Numbered from the stretch's first letter, positions 37,800 to 49,846 are shown. The stretch: DNA of 64,000 nucleotides from Spartobacteria bacterium (GCA_947487385.1 CANKWU010000006.1:24274-88273), one strand, 5' to 3'. Notes: a model not told the origin generated them from the sequence alone. Made by a program: numbers and translations.

Positions 37800-39191
37800 T
37801 CAGTCCAGCAACTCGGCTTCGAGATCATAACCGCGGGTGCCGGTGATCCTAACACGATGAAATTCCCCGGCCTTAACAGGCGTGGTGAAGTGCACCCGAC
37901 AATCGACATCAGGGGCATCCCCCTCAGTTCGTCCGAACTGGTTGGTATCGGCCAGGATAATCATTTCCTTCCCCACCTGCTCCAAGGCAAGCTCAACGGC
38001 AATCTGCTGCTGCACGAGCATCGCCTCTCGGTGGCGGCGCTTCTTAGTTCCTCCATGGATCTGACCCGGAAGCTTCGCGGCGCGGGATTCTTCCTCTCGG
38101 GAATAGTTAAAGACGCCCAGACGCTCAAACCGGCGGTCGCTCATGAATTTCAAGAGACTCTCGAAATGCTCCTCAGCTTCTCCGGGGAACCCGACAATGA
38201 ATGTAGTCCTGATCGTCAGTCCTGGAATGCCGGCGCGCATCCGATCGATCAGGCGTTCGATGTGACCGCGGTCCGTTTCGCGACGCATGGCATCCAGCAT
38301 CACGTCATGGATGTGCTGTAGCGGCATGTCGACATAGCGGGCCACCTTGGGGTTGCGCGCGATCGCCGCAATCATGTCGTCGCTCCAGTGGGCCGGATGG
38401 GTGTAGAGAAGACGGATCCAGAACTCCCCAGGGATTGCTGTCAAGGCGTCAAGCAGGGCGGGAAGTCCGGGCCCTCTGGCTTCATCAACAGGCTGACGCG
38501 GTCCGGCCTTCTGCTCCCAAAGATCCATCCCGTAGTATGTGGTGTCCTGGCTGATAAGGTTGATCTCCTTCACTCCGGATGCCACCAGTCCCTCGACTTC
38601 CTTCACCACGGACTCGATCGTGCGACTGCGGTGGCGTCCACGCATCCTGGGAATAACACAAAAGGAACAGGGGTGGTTGCATCCTTCGGCGATTTTCACG
38701 TAAGCGGTGTGAGAAGCCGTGAGGCGGACACGCGGAGTGTCGTAGTCGGGAATGTAAGCGGCGCGGCGCGAGACCTCGACCAAGGCCCCCTTTTCTTCAC
38801 GCTCGTCGTCAAGAAGGCGGTCAAAGAACGAGCCCGCGCTCTTGATCTCATCCAACCCCATGAAGGCATCCACTTCGGGCAACTGAATGGCGAGATCGCT
38901 CGAATAGCGTTGGGAAAGGCATCCCCCCACGACCAGCTTCTGTCCCGGTTTTGCACCATGGAGACGGCGGCGGTTAGCCTCCAGGATCGCATTGATACTC
39001 TCCTCCTTCGCGGGATCAATGAATCCGCAGGTATTGACTAGGACAACATCAGCCTCATCGGTCTCGTTCGTGAGTTCGTAGCCGTGGAGCTTGGCATCTC
39101 CAAGCAGGATTTCGGCATCGACGAGGTTCTTGGCACAGCCAAGACTAATCAAGCCGATCTTGCGGGTTTCAGGAATCTGGGTCGTGCTCAT
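37800..39191 (-). CDS. rimO: Ribosomal protein S12 methylthiotransferase
   Basis: SLGCAKNLVD, NTCGFI, KIAEGCNHPCSFC, WIRLLYTHP, TRAM domain. Confidence 0.95.
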   Translation of the reverse strand: MSTTQIPETRKIGLISLGCAKNLVDAEILLGDAKLHGYELTNETDEADVVLVNTCGFIDPAKEESINAILEANRRRLHGAKPGQKLVVGGCLSQRYSSDLAIQLPEVDAFMGLDEIKSAGSFFDRLLDDEREEKGALVEVSRRAAYIPDYDTPRVRLTASHTAYVKIAEGCNHPCSFCVIPRMRGRHRSRTIESVVKEVEGLVASGVKEINLISQDTTYYGMDLWEQKAGPRQPVDEARGPGLPALLDALTAIPGEFWIRLLYTHPAHWSDDMIAAIARNPKVARYVDMPLQHIHDVMLDAMRRETDRGHIERLIDRMRAGIPGLTIRTTFIVGFPGEAEEHFESLLKFMSDRRFERLGVFNYSREEESRAAKLPGQIHGGTKKRRHREAMLVQQQIAVELALEQVGKEMIILADTNQFGRTEGDAPDVDCRVHFTTPVKAGEFHRVRITGTRGYDLEAELLD

Positions 39192-39667
39192 CGGTTGGAA
39201 AAAGAAGAGGGGCTAGTGTTACTGGTGATCCAGGGAATGGATCGGACGCGCGAAAGCTGGCGCATCAAACCCCAGGTGCTTAGGAGCGTGGTAATGAGAA
39301 CGATGTAAACGACTGCTCGTCCCAAGGGAGCCAAGGGAGCAAGCAGTTCCAGACCCCACTCAAATGGTGGTTTCAGGGGGTGTGCAAAATTCGCCAGATA
39401 CTGGCAGTTCTTGGGTGCCAGTTCAGGCATCGGGGGAAGGGAGTCGCGGATTGCCATCGGATCCAAACCCAAAGCTCGCGCGTAGGTCACGGCATGGATC
39501 CGGGCAATATCGGGATTCAGGGATCCTCCCTCCTCTATCAGTTCGATCTCCTGTTCGGAAATTCTTGCTAACTGTGAAGCCTCTCCAAGACTCAGACACA
39601 GATCCTGTCTTACCTCACGGAGAAGAGGTCCAAGTGGCCTAGGTGATAATGTCGGTTGAAAAAACAT
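39188..39667 (-). CDS. RodZ-like HTH membrane protein (short form)
   Basis: LGPLLREVR...IELIEEG...TYARALGLD HTH, one TM helix, ftsK-X-rimO synteny. Confidence 0.7.
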   Translation of the reverse strand: MFFQPTLSPRPLGPLLREVRQDLCLSLGEASQLARISEQEIELIEEGGSLNPDIARIHAVTYARALGLDPMAIRDSLPPMPELAPKNCQYLANFAHPLKPPFEWGLELLAPLAPLGRAVVYIVLITTLLSTWGLMRQLSRVRSIPWITSNTSPSSFSNR

Positions 39668-39697
39668 AAATAATGAAGGTCAGAGGGGATGCTCTAC

Positions 39698-42208
39698 TCA
39701 GTCGTCCAGACCATCTAGGTCGACTAGAATCTCGCGGTCCTTTGCCCCATCTTTGGGTCCAAGAATGCCACGTTGCTCGAGAATGTCGACGATACGTGCA
39801 GCACGAGTATAACCAAGCCGCAGTCGTCGCTGAAGCATCGAGGTGGAGGCCTTTTTTTCCTGACGGATGATCTCGAGGCACCTGTCGACCAGATCCTCCT
39901 CTTCATCGGTAACCTCATCCTCCGGCATGATGGTCGAAGCGAGTTTTGCCGAGATACTGGGCTCAAAAACAGGCTTGGCCTGGATCGCGAGGTTGGTCAC
40001 GACGCGGTGGATCTCCTCATCGGTCACAAGAACCCCCTGTGCACGAGTGAGTTTGGCGCTCCCGGGAGGGAGATAAAGCATGTCCCCTTTACCGAGGAGC
40101 TTTTCTGCCCCGTTCATGTCCAAGATCACGCGACTATCGAGACCCGAGGCCACCTGAAAGGCGATGCGTGAGGGAATGTTTGCCTTGATAACTCCGGTGA
40201 CAACGCTGGAACGGGGTGTTTGCGTCGCCACAATCATATGGATTCCGGCGGCACGTGCCTTCTGCGTTATGCGGGCAATCGCCCCCTCGACATCGGCGGG
40301 TGCTGTCTGCATGAGATCAGCCAACTCATCGACAATCACGACGATGAAAGGCATCTGGTCGGGAATGATCATGTCATCGCCGGGCTTGAGCGGAAGTTCC
40401 TGATCCTCAGTCTCAGTCTCAGTCTCAATGGAAGCCTGGTCCTCAAGGTTGAAAACCAGGACTGACTCCAAGGAATCACCATTGTCCAAACCCCCTTCGG
40501 TGGCATCATCCGACACCACGGCAATCGGCACCTTCTGGGGTTTGGGGCGTGCGTTGAAGCCACTGATATTCTTGACACCTACCTTGGCAAAGATTCCGTA
40601 GCGCTTCTCCATCTCGTCGACTACCCAGCGCAGTGCCAGGAGGACCTTTTTCGGGTCGGTCACCACAGGGGTCACGAGGTGGGGAAGATCATTATAGACC
40701 TGCATCTCGACAACCTTCGGATCGATCATGATGAAGCGTAGCGTCTCGGGCGTGTGCTTGAATATCAGACTAGTGATAATGGAGTTGATGCAGACACTCT
40801 TGCCGCTGCCGGTGGCACCAGCGACCAGGAGGTGAGGCATTGCGGCGAGGTCTGCGATAATGGCATGTCCGTAGACATCCTTGCCAAGAGCAAGCGGCAG
40901 GGAGGCCTTCGTCGTATGCCAGGCCTCGCTTTCAAAAAGCTCACGGATGCTGACCTTCACCTTACTGGAGTTGGCAATCTCGATACCAACGGTGTCCTTC
41001 CCGGGAATCGGAGCCAGAATATTGATCCGCTCGGCACAAGTCGCCCGGGCGAGGTTCTTTTCCAACGCCGAGATACGCTCCACACGCACGCCGGTGGCGG
41101 GATAGACCTCGTAGCGCGTGATCGTCGGGCCCTTGGTGATATCTCCGGGAGAGGCCTCGATATCGAATTGGGAAAGTGTCTCCAGAATGATCTTCTGCAC
41201 TCCTTGGAGTTCGGCCGGGTCAGCGGGCTTGTGTCCCTCGTCATCGTAGGTCTCCAAAAGCTCAAAGCCAGGCAAGGTATATTCCTGAAGATTCACTTCA
41301 CCAAGGCCGCTGTCGGCAGGAAGGGAATCATTCTTTTTAGATTGGGTATTCCCCTTCATCACTTCGGCCAATGTCGGTTTGCGAGCTGGCGCTGGAACGC
41401 TGGCATCGATGATCTTCGGCGAAGGGAGATCCACCGGAGGAGTCGCTGCGAGGAACACATCGTTCTCCGTTATTTCCTCTGCCTTGGTTTCCACTACAGG
41501 AGACTTGCGGCGATTGCCCGTGCGGTACTTGGGAGACTCGACCTCCTCCGGGATCTCGAATTCCTTTTTACGATTGGCAAGTTGCTTTGTGATCAACCCA
41601 ATAAGGAACCCCATGAGCGTGCCAAGAATGGAAAACATGAAGGCAAAGGCGCGACGTAATGCCAGGATTGGATGAAATCCTGTTGCCAGGATCAGGCTTA
41701 CCAGAGCGAGGGCCATGAAAATCAATCCCGATCCGAGTGTGCCAAGCACATGACGCCCGAGCACCAGATCAATGCGGTGCCCGAACCATCCGCCGGGCCC
41801 CTGGATGTTGAATTTTTCCTTCCAGTCACCAAGGATCACATGCTGCAAATCAAGCAGGGTTGACCAACTCAGGACAAAAACAAGCGCCCATCCCAAGCGG
41901 ATGCAAAGTCGGCATTCGGGGGTTGTGAACTTGGCGATTCCAAGCCCCGCCAAGGCTGCCGCAGCGAAGTATGAGGCGCCTCCGAAGAGAAAGTAAAAGA
42001 GTCCTGCGATATCAGCCCCGACGCGGCCGATGAAGTTCACAGGATATTCCGAGGAATGAGAGTGCTTCGCATAAGGAAGCCAGGGGGAAACATCCCTCGG
42101 CTCAAAGGAGCAGAGGGCAAGAAAGAGCAAGATTCCCCCAAAAAGCAGAAGAATCCCCGTTATTTCATCCAAGGAGCGTGTACGTCGTGACGAGACCATC
42201 CTATCCAT
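39698..42208 (-). CDS. ftsK: DNA translocase FtsK
   Basis: N-terminal TMs, PHLLVAGATGSGKS, IDPK.VE, VDELADLM, AEKLLGKGDML, gamma domain LQRRLRLGYTRAARI. Confidence 0.96.
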   Translation of the reverse strand: MDRMVSSRRTRSLDEITGILLLFGGILLFLALCSFEPRDVSPWLPYAKHSHSSEYPVNFIGRVGADIAGLFYFLFGGASYFAAAALAGLGIAKFTTPECRLCIRLGWALVFVLSWSTLLDLQHVILGDWKEKFNIQGPGGWFGHRIDLVLGRHVLGTLGSGLIFMALALVSLILATGFHPILALRRAFAFMFSILGTLMGFLIGLITKQLANRKKEFEIPEEVESPKYRTGNRRKSPVVETKAEEITENDVFLAATPPVDLPSPKIIDASVPAPARKPTLAEVMKGNTQSKKNDSLPADSGLGEVNLQEYTLPGFELLETYDDEGHKPADPAELQGVQKIILETLSQFDIEASPGDITKGPTITRYEVYPATGVRVERISALEKNLARATCAERINILAPIPGKDTVGIEIANSSKVKVSIRELFESEAWHTTKASLPLALGKDVYGHAIIADLAAMPHLLVAGATGSGKSVCINSIITSLIFKHTPETLRFIMIDPKVVEMQVYNDLPHLVTPVVTDPKKVLLALRWVVDEMEKRYGIFAKVGVKNISGFNARPKPQKVPIAVVSDDATEGGLDNGDSLESVLVFNLEDQASIETETETEDQELPLKPGDDMIIPDQMPFIVVIVDELADLMQTAPADVEGAIARITQKARAAGIHMIVATQTPRSSVVTGVIKANIPSRIAFQVASGLDSRVILDMNGAEKLLGKGDMLYLPPGSAKLTRAQGVLVTDEEIHRVVTNLAIQAKPVFEPSISAKLASTIMPEDEVTDEEEDLVDRCLEIIRQEKKASTSMLQRRLRLGYTRAARIVDILEQRGILGPKDGAKDREILVDLDGLDD

Positions 42209-42270
42209 CTTGCAGGATACCGTGTGGTCTTGGCAATCGCAGGCATCTTGGGGATACTATCTTATTACTC

Positions 42271-43227
42271 ATGGATTTTTCCTCACCGATCACTTTCGAG
42301 TCCCTAGCCATGGAACGCGTCTGGGGGGGGCGCCGTTTCGAGACTCTTTTGGGGAAAACTCTTCCACACACGGTCCCCGTGGGGGAGCTTTGGGAAATGG
42401 TCGACCGACCCGAAGCACAGAGCGTGGTGCGTGAAGGCCCCCTCAAGGGGATGACGCTTCATGAGTTATGGACCGGATACCGTGATGAAGTCTTCGGCTC
42501 CCTACACAGCTCAAACCTCTCACCTCGTTTTCCCCTCCTCATCAAGCTCCTCGATGCGCGCGAGCGCCTCTCCGTCCAGGTCCATCCACCGGTGGAACTC
42601 GCTGCTGTACTCAATGGGGAACCAAAGACAGAGTGTTGGTATTTTCTCCATGCCTCCAAAGGGGCCTCCGTCTATGCCGGACTCAAGAGAGGTGTTTCAC
42701 GCAAGGGGTTTGAGCAAGCCCTCCAGAATGGCACGGTGGAACAGACGCTCCACACCCTCCGGGCTCGCACCGGAGAGAGCCTCTTCATTCCCAGCGGCAG
42801 ACTGCATGCCATTGGTGAAGGGCTAGTGATTGTCGAGGTGCAGCAGAACAGCGACACCACATACCGCGTCTTTGACTGGAATCGCCGGGGCCTCGACGGG
42901 AAACCTCGTGATCTTCACATCAAGGAATCGCTCGCCTCCATCGACTTCAATGATTTCGAGCCGGCACTGACTCCCTCCTCGCAAACCGTGGTGGCAGACT
43001 GTCCCTATTTCCATGTTGAGAAGATCCCTCTTCCCCTGCCCGGGAATATCTTCTGCCAGGGTGACTTCTCCATCGTGACTTGCCTGACAGGTGAAGTGGA
43101 GTGCTTGGGAACGATCCTTCGACCCGGTGGCTTGATGCTGATTCCCTCCTTTCTGGAAGAGCCAATCCTGATCCCGGAGACTGCCGACACGACTATACTG
43201 GTCACGCGTCTACCGAGCTTCTTCTAA
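42271..43227 (+). CDS. manA: Type I phosphomannose isomerase
   Basis: ERVWGG, FPLLIKLLDA, LSVQVHP, KTECWY, HAIG, EVQQNSDTTYRVFDW. Confidence 0.9.
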   Translation: MDFSSPITFESLAMERVWGGRRFETLLGKTLPHTVPVGELWEMVDRPEAQSVVREGPLKGMTLHELWTGYRDEVFGSLHSSNLSPRFPLLIKLLDARERLSVQVHPPVELAAVLNGEPKTECWYFLHASKGASVYAGLKRGVSRKGFEQALQNGTVEQTLHTLRARTGESLFIPSGRLHAIGEGLVIVEVQQNSDTTYRVFDWNRRGLDGKPRDLHIKESLASIDFNDFEPALTPSSQTVVADCPYFHVEKIPLPLPGNIFCQGDFSIVTCLTGEVECLGTILRPGGLMLIPSFLEEPILIPETADTTILVTRLPSFF

Positions 43228-43372
43228 TCTGGAGACGGGCTAAAAGTAACGAAATATTCCTTTTTGACTTATTTTCCCACAGGGCTTCGGGGTATAAGAA
43301 CAGCTCCGTCGATTCCGGTCGCGGGAACATTCCTACTCATTGCCTTAACGGGAAACCTTTCCACAGTTCATT

Positions 43373-46300
43373 ATGCCCAAAGACACTTCCATCCATAAAA
43401 TCCTTCTGATCGGGGCGGGGCCTATTGTCATCGGCCAAGGATGCGAATTCGATTACTCGGGAGTGCAAGCCTGCAAGGCCCTAGCCGAAGAGGGATACGA
43501 GGTCGTGCTGGTAAACTCAAATCCTGCCACGATCATGACCGATCCGGAGTTTGCCAACCGAACCTATATCGAGCCGATCACGCCGGAGATCATCGAAAAG
43601 ATCATCGAGAGGGAGAAGCCGGATGCCCTCCTCCCCACCCTTGGTGGCCAGACTGCACTCAATGCCGCCATGGAGCTCGTCCACAGCGGAGTTCTTGAAA
43701 AGCACGGCGTTCGCCTCATCGGGGCCAATGCCGAGGCGATCAAGCGTGGAGAGGATCGCACCCTCTTCAAGAAGATCATGCTCGAGATCGGACTGGAAGT
43801 TGCAAACTCAGGTGCCGCCCACACAATCGACGAGGTCTTTTTGATCGCCAAGCAGATCGGCACCTACCCGCTGATCATCCGTCCAGCCTTCACGCTCGGA
43901 GGAGCGGGTGGTGGCATTGCCTACAACCGAGAGGAGCTCGAGACCATAGCCCGTCGGGGACTCGACATGTCGCCTACCACAGAGGTTTTGATCGAGGAGT
44001 CCCTGCTTGGATGGAAGGAATTCGAGGTCGAGGTCATTCGTGACACCGCTGACAACTGCATCGTCATCTGCTCGATCGAGAACTTCGATCCGATGGGTGT
44101 CCATACCGGTGACTCGATCACCGTTGCCCCGATCCAGACTCTGACCGACAAGGAATATCAGAAGATGCGGGATGATTCCTTCGCTGTGATCCGTGCCATT
44201 GGCGTCGAGACCGGCGGATCGAATATCCAGTTCGCCGTGAACCCGAAGGATGGACGTCAGATCGTCATCGAGATGAACCCCCGGGTCTCGCGTTCCTCTG
44301 CTCTCGCCTCCAAGGCCACCGGTTACCCGATCGCAAAGATCGCCGCGAAACTCGCCGTCGGCTATCGCCTGGACGAACTTAAGAACGACATCACCAAGAC
44401 CACGACCGCCTGTTTCGAGCCTGCGATCGACTACTGCGTGGTTAAGATCCCCCGCTTCACGTTCGAGAAGTTCCCCAAAGCCGATCCTACCCTCACCAGC
44501 CAGATGAAAAGCGTCGGCGAGGCAATGGCGATCGGACGGACCTTCAAACAGGCCCTGCAGAAGGCACTCCGTTCGCTCGAGACCGGACGCTTCGGACTCG
44601 GTTGTGATTCAAAGGACATTGAACCCCGTAAGGCTGACGGATCCTGGGACACCGAACAGATCGAGCAACTCCTACGCATTCCGAATGCCGAGCGCATTTT
44701 TGCCGTCCGTCATGCCTTCCTCGCCGGACTTAGCGCGGAGAAGATCCATGCCATCAGCGCCATCGACCCCTGGTTCCTCGACAACATTCAGGAGATTGTC
44801 GAAGAGGAACTCTCCTTCCGAAAGGATCCAACCAATATTAACCTGCGTAGGGCCAAACAGCTTGGCTTCTCCGATCGCCAGCTGGCCCAGATCGCCGGGA
44901 CAACCGAGGATGCCATCCGTGCCAAACGCAAGGCCGAAGGGGTTGAGCCGACCTACCGACTTGTCGACACTTGTGCCGCAGAATTTGAGGCCGCGACTCC
45001 CTATTTCTACTCGACCTACGGGGATGAAGATGAAACCCGTCAAGGTAGCAAGAAGAAGGTGATGATCCTTGGTGGCGGTCCCAACCGCATCGGCCAAGGC
45101 ATCGAGTTCGACTACTGCTGCGTCCACGCCGCCTTCGCTCTCAAGGAAGAGGGTTTCGAGACCATCATGGTGAACTCGAACCCCGAGACGGTCTCCACGG
45201 ATTACGACACAAGCGACAAGCTCTTCTTCGAACCCCTAACCCTTGAGGATGTTCTCAACATCTACGAGCGGGAGAAGTGCGACGCCGTTGTCGTCCAGTT
45301 CGGCGGCCAGACTCCGCTTAACCTTGCTGCCCCGCTTCAGGCCCGTGGGGTTACAATCATCGGCACCCAGCCCAAGAGCATCGAGATGGCCGAGGATCGC
45401 AAACATTTCTCGGCAATGATCGACAAACTCGGCCTGCGCCAGACCACCGGGGCCACAGCCATTAATGAGGCGGAAGCTGTCGAGGTCGCTAACAGGGTCA
45501 GCTACCCCGTCCTCGTCCGTCCCTCCTTTGTCCTGGGAGGACGCGCCATGGAGATCGTTTATACGGAAGAGGATCTCCGCCGCTATATCCGTACCGCGGT
45601 CGAAGTCAGCCCCGAACGCCCGATCCTGGTGGATCGTTTCCTGGAAGATGCCACAGAGGTCGATGTCGACTGCCTTGCAGATGGCACGGACTGCGTCATC
45701 GGAGGAATCATGGAACATATCGAAGAGGCTGGCATCCATAGCGGTGACAGTGCCTGTGTGCTTCCTTCTGTCTCACTCTCTCCTAAGGTTCTGGAGACCA
45801 TCCGCTCGGCAACCAGGGCCATGGCCTTGGAACTCGATGTCCGTGGACTGATGAACGTCCAGTATGCCGTGAAGGATGAGGAGGTCTACGTGCTTGAAGT
45901 GAACCCCCGTGCATCCCGCACCTCACCCTTTGTCAGCAAGGTGATCGGAGTCCCTCTTGCCAAGCTGGCTGCCAAGATCATGGTGGGCAGAACGCTGAAG
46001 GATCTTGGCTTCACGGAAGAAGTCATCCCGACCCATTACAGCGTCAAGGAAGCAGTTTTCCCCTTCATCAAGTTCCCGGGAATCGACATCACCCTCGGAC
46101 CTGAAATGCGCTCCACGGGCGAAGTCATGGGGATAGATACCGACTTCCCTCGCGCCTATGCAAAGGCACAGATGGCTGCCGCCCCAGCGCTTCCAAGCAA
46201 GGGGAACCTCTTTGTCAGCGTCAAGGACTCCGACAAGAAGGCAATCGTTCCTATTGTGAAAGATTTTGCCGATCTCGGCTTCACGATCCATGCAACAGAT

Positions 46301-46600
46301 GGCACTGCTGCCCTTCTCAAGACAGCCGGCATCTCGATCATCCGCCTTAACAAACTCGCTCAGGGACGCCCGAATGTCGTCGATATGATCAAGAACGGCG
46401 AGATGCAGTTCATTATCAACACTCCGGCGGGCAAACAACCCCGCGCTGATGAAGTCGTGATCCGCAGTACGGCAGTGGCCAATCGCATTCCCATCATGAC
46501 CACCCTGCGAGCAGCGGCGGCCAGTGCCTCAGCGATCAAGTCAATGGCGGAGGCCCCGCTTACAGTGAAGTCCCTTCAAGAGCACCATGTTATGGCTTAA
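43373..46600 (+). CDS. carB: Carbamoyl-phosphate synthase large subunit
   Basis: [15 protein letters not shown], duplicated ATP-grasp domains, [11 protein letters not shown]-terminal MGS domain. Confidence 0.98.
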   Translation: MPKDTSIHKILLIGAGPIVIGQGCEFDYSGVQACKALAEEGYEVVLVNSNPATIMTDPEFANRTYIEPITPEIIEKIIEREKPDALLPTLGGQTALNAAMELVHSGVLEKHGVRLIGANAEAIKRGEDRTLFKKIMLEIGLEVANSGAAHTIDEVFLIAKQIGTYPLIIRPAFTLGGAGGGIAYNREELETIARRGLDMSPTTEVLIEESLLGWKEFEVEVIRDTADNCIVICSIENFDPMGVHTGDSITVAPIQTLTDKEYQKMRDDSFAVIRAIGVETGGSNIQFAVNPKDGRQIVIEMNPRVSRSSALASKATGYPIAKIAAKLAVGYRLDELKNDITKTTTACFEPAIDYCVVKIPRFTFEKFPKADPTLTSQMKSVGEAMAIGRTFKQALQKALRSLETGRFGLGCDSKDIEPRKADGSWDTEQIEQLLRIPNAERIFAVRHAFLAGLSAEKIHAISAIDPWFLDNIQEIVEEELSFRKDPTNINLRRAKQLGFSDRQLAQIAGTTEDAIRAKRKAEGVEPTYRLVDTCAAEFEAATPYFYSTYGDEDETRQGSKKKVMILGGGPNRIGQGIEFDYCCVHAAFALKEEGFETIMVNSNPETVSTDYDTSDKLFFEPLTLEDVLNIYEREKCDAVVVQFGGQTPLNLAAPLQARGVTIIGTQPKSIEMAEDRKHFSAMIDKLGLRQTTGATAINEAEAVEVANRVSYPVLVRPSFVLGGRAMEIVYTEEDLRRYIRTAVEVSPERPILVDRFLEDATEVDVDCLADGTDCVIGGIMEHIEEAGIHSGDSACVLPSVSLSPKVLETIRSATRAMALELDVRGLMNVQYAVKDEEVYVLEVNPRASRTSPFVSKVIGVPLAKLAAKIMVGRTLKDLGFTEEVIPTHYSVKEAVFPFIKFPGIDITLGPEMRSTGEVMGIDTDFPRAYAKAQMAAAPALPSKGNLFVSVKDSDKKAIVPIVKDFADLGFTIHATDGTAALLKTAGISIIRLNKLAQGRPNVVDMIKNGEMQFIINTPAGKQPRADEVVIRSTAVANRIPIMTTLRAAAASASAIKSMAEAPLTVKSLQEHHVMA

Positions 46601-47413
46601 GCAGTAGTGGGAGGCTCTAGATTCCTTGGTTTCGAAACATATTACCTTGAAGGGCTTTCATTGACAGGCATCTAGACTACATTTTTTGATGCGCTGATTC
46701 TTTATAAGAGAATAACAGTGACCCTCGATTCCAACTTAGATCGAATCCTGTGCGGATGGGTATCACTCCGACTCGGTGGAGTCAACCAACCCAATGTAAC
46801 AAAATCGTCACTTACCAACAATTGAAGCCCCTCTCAGCGATGGCATAATTGTAGCCCTATTGAGGTGTCTTCATCGGGGGTGAAAACAATCTCAAAAAAA
46901 ACCAGAGTAGAGGAGATTTCGATGATCTCGTCTGCACACAATTGCCAGTTCAATACTCGTGAGACATAGACCTTTTATCAAAATGCTGACAGCGGATCGG
47001 GTTCATTGGCGTAAGTCCAATGGTAAATCAACGTCGTCGATTGCTTCAAAGATGCAAGATATCCTTTTAAAAAAAGAAAATTTGAAAAATCAGATCACCA
47101 TGAATTCACTGCGTCTTGATTTAAGAGACTTGGTGAGATTGAACTAAAGCTCAGTAGGCTTACTAAGAGTAACGATGGGTTAGAATGGGTTTTGTGCTTT
47201 CTGGCGCAATGAGATTGTGTGCTGCGATAGCTCGCTAAGCGAATCAATCCGCTGGAAAGAGGCGCGGAGAGATTGCCGAGGGCAAAAAAAGCTGGCACCG
47301 CTTAGCGGGGTCACCTATGACAATCTTCCGAGTCACACCATGCTGACTTAGTTCCTTACCTCCCATCACTCTGCGTTGTAGGCAGAGAACAATAACGCTA
47401 CCCTCAAGATCGC

Positions 47414-48118
47414 CTATAATCCGGCAGCCGCAGCGGTGTCGGTGAGCAACAGCGCATTCTCCTGACTGATCCTTCCGGCAGGGATCGAATGATCAGCTGC
47501 CTTGAGTTTCACGATCATCGGGATCTTGGCTGCACCAGTAGCAAGCCACATGATGTTCCGTGAGCGGTTGATCATCGGGTAGGTCAGGGTCATCCGGCGC
47601 CGGTTCTGGTAGAGATGCACGGGATCGGTCAGCGCCACGTCACGATCGGTAACAGTGAGCACGGGATCGTTCGGGACCAGCGATGCCGTGTGACCATCGG
47701 GGCCGAGACCGAGATGCGCCATGTCGAGGATCGGGGGATTTCCGCAGATCTCGGTGAGGAGCGCCTCGTATTCCTTCACTCCCTCCGCGGGATCAACGGC
47801 ATTCACCGGCATCGCATGAATGTTCTCCTTGGGGATGGGTGCATTACCGAGAAGGCTCTCGTGCAGATGGGTCAAGTTCCGATCGGGATCACCCTCGGGT
47901 GCGATGCGTTCATCGATCTGGAAGACATGGACCTGTGACCAAGGCACCTCTTCAGATGCAAGATCCCTCAGCATGGCCCAAGGAGTCTTGCCGCCACTAA
48001 CAGCAAGAGTGAAAACTCCACGAGCAGCCACGGCCTCACGGGAGGCAGTTGCAATTACTCCTGCAGCGGCCTTCGCCACCGCATCATCATCAGCAAGGAC
48101 CTCGATCTTAAGAGCCAT
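47414..48118 (-). CDS. pgl: 6-phosphogluconolactonase
   Basis: AVSGGKTP, DERIAP, LGLGPDGHTASL, RMTLTYP. Confidence 0.92.
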   Translation of the reverse strand: MALKIEVLADDDAVAKAAAGVIATASREAVAARGVFTLAVSGGKTPWAMLRDLASEEVPWSQVHVFQIDERIAPEGDPDRNLTHLHESLLGNAPIPKENIHAMPVNAVDPAEGVKEYEALLTEICGNPPILDMAHLGLGPDGHTASLVPNDPVLTVTDRDVALTDPVHLYQNRRRMTLTYPMINRSRNIMWLATGAAKIPMIVKLKAADHSIPAGRISQENALLLTDTAAAAGL

Positions 48119-48139
48119 GACTTGATATTAGTTCGATGA

Positions 48140-49762
48140 TTACTTCTTCGCCCTGTAGCGGCGGATGAGTGCGTTCGTGGAGCTGTCGTGCTTGAGCTCT
48201 GGCTCGGTCGGTGACTCCAGCTCGGGGATAATGTGCTGGGCAAGCTGCTTGCCAAGCTCCACACCCCACTGATCGAACGAGTTGATGCCCCAGACAACAC
48301 CTTGTGTAAAGACGCTATGCTCATAGAGAGCGACCAGAACGCCAAGTGTATGCGGGTCGAGCTTGTCGGCCATGATGACATTCGAGGGACGATTCCCCTC
48401 GAAGACGCGGTGGGGATTGAGCCAATCGGGCGTACCCTCGGCCTTCACTTGCTCAGGTGTCTTGCCGAAAGCGAGTGCCTCGGCCTGCGCGAAGATATTC
48501 GAGATGAGGTAATTGTGGTGATGACCCAGCTCGTTGATCGCCTTGTTAAAGCCTATGAAGTCGCAAGGAATTAGGCGCGTACCCTGATGGATAAGCTGGT
48601 AGAAAGAGTGCTGGCCATTTGTCCCGGGCTCGCCCCAGTAGATCGGACCTGTGTCGAAGGTGACATGGGTTCCGTCGAGACGAACCGATTTGCCATTGCT
48701 CTCCATGGTGAGTTGCTGGAGGTAGGCCGGGAAGCGCTTGAGGTACTGCTCGTAGGGAAGCACCGCGATGCTCTGGGCTCCAAAGAAGTCGTTGTACCAG
48801 ACAGCAAGCAGACCGAGAAGAACGGGGAGATTCTTCTCGAGTGGAGCCGTGCGGAAGTGCTCGTCCATGGCGTGGAAGCCAGCGAGGAGGTCCGAGAAGT
48901 TCTTAGGCCCGATGGCGATCATGGTCGAAAGACCGATCGCGGAGTCCATCGAATAGCGTCCGCCGACCCAATCCCAGAATCCGAACATATTCGCGGTGTC
49001 GATACCAAACTCCGAGACCTTGGCGGCGTTAGTGGAGACCGCGACAAAGTGTTTGGCAACAGCTGAGGCATCATTACCAAAGCCAACAAGCGACCACTCG
49101 CGGGCGCTGTTGGCATTTGTCATGGTCTCGAGTGTGGTGAAGGTCTTCGACGAAACAATGAAGAGAGTCTCGGAGGGATCGAGATCACGGACAGCCTCGG
49201 CAAAGTCAGTGCCGTCGACATTGGAGACAAAGCGGAAAGTCATTTCGCGATCGCTGTAGGCCTTGAGCGCCTCATAGGCCATGACAGGACCCAGATCGGA
49301 GCCGCCAATACCGATATTGATGACATTCTTGATGCGCTTGCCTGTGTGACCCTTCCACTCACCGGAGCGGATGCGGTCGGCAAAGGCGCCCATGGACTCG
49401 AGCACCTTGTGAACCTCAGGAACAACATCGACGCCGTCGACCTTGATCACCTCACTCTTGGGGGCGCGAAGCGCAACGTGCAGGACGGCACGATCCTCCG
49501 TGATGTTGATCTTCTCTCCGGAAAACATCTTATCGCGGTGCTCCTCCAGTCCGACTTCCTTGGCAAGCTGAACGAGGTTCTTGAGCGTCTCGTCATTGAC
49601 GCGGTTCTTCGAGTAGTCGAGGTAGAGGCCGCAAGCCTCTGCGGTCAAGCGCTCACCGCGTGTCGAATCGGCAGCAAAGAGCTCCTTAAGCGTTGTCTTG
49701 GCGATCTGGTCGCGATTGACTTCTAGTGCCTTCCAGGAAGGGAGTTGGGTCGGATTGGACAT
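48140..49762 (-). CDS. pgi: Glucose-6-phosphate isomerase
   Basis: [48 protein letters not shown]. Confidence 0.97.
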   Translation of the reverse strand: MSNPTQLPSWKALEVNRDQIAKTTLKELFAADSTRGERLTAEACGLYLDYSKNRVNDETLKNLVQLAKEVGLEEHRDKMFSGEKINITEDRAVLHVALRAPKSEVIKVDGVDVVPEVHKVLESMGAFADRIRSGEWKGHTGKRIKNVINIGIGGSDLGPVMAYEALKAYSDREMTFRFVSNVDGTDFAEAVRDLDPSETLFIVSSKTFTTLETMTNANSAREWSLVGFGNDASAVAKHFVAVSTNAAKVSEFGIDTANMFGFWDWVGGRYSMDSAIGLSTMIAIGPKNFSDLLAGFHAMDEHFRTAPLEKNLPVLLGLLAVWYNDFFGAQSIAVLPYEQYLKRFPAYLQQLTMESNGKSVRLDGTHVTFDTGPIYWGEPGTNGQHSFYQLIHQGTRLIPCDFIGFNKAINELGHHHNYLISNIFAQAEALAFGKTPEQVKAEGTPDWLNPHRVFEGNRPSNVIMADKLDPHTLGVLVALYEHSVFTQGVVWGINSFDQWGVELGKQLAQHIIPELESPTEPELKHDSSTNALIRRYRAKK

Positions 49763-49846
49763 AAGAATGAATTATGAGGGATGAATTATAAAGGATTGTT
49801 CCAGTAAGATTGCTAGACTCCATAACCCAACTAGAATGCTTGAAAA

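Noticed and set aside
40405-40428. (CTCAGT)n microsatellite in ftsK; also the poly-Ala GCA/GCT run near 55385-55415
   Set aside because: Short in-frame low-complexity linker repeats, unremarkable.
40754-41659. 301-aa plus-strand ORF
   Set aside because: Antisense shadow of ftsK. Similar shadows occur over cbiX, GH3, carB and mrdA.
43373-46600. carB without adjacent carA; his genes incomplete
   Set aside because: Split pathways are common and the remaining genes may lie outside the window.
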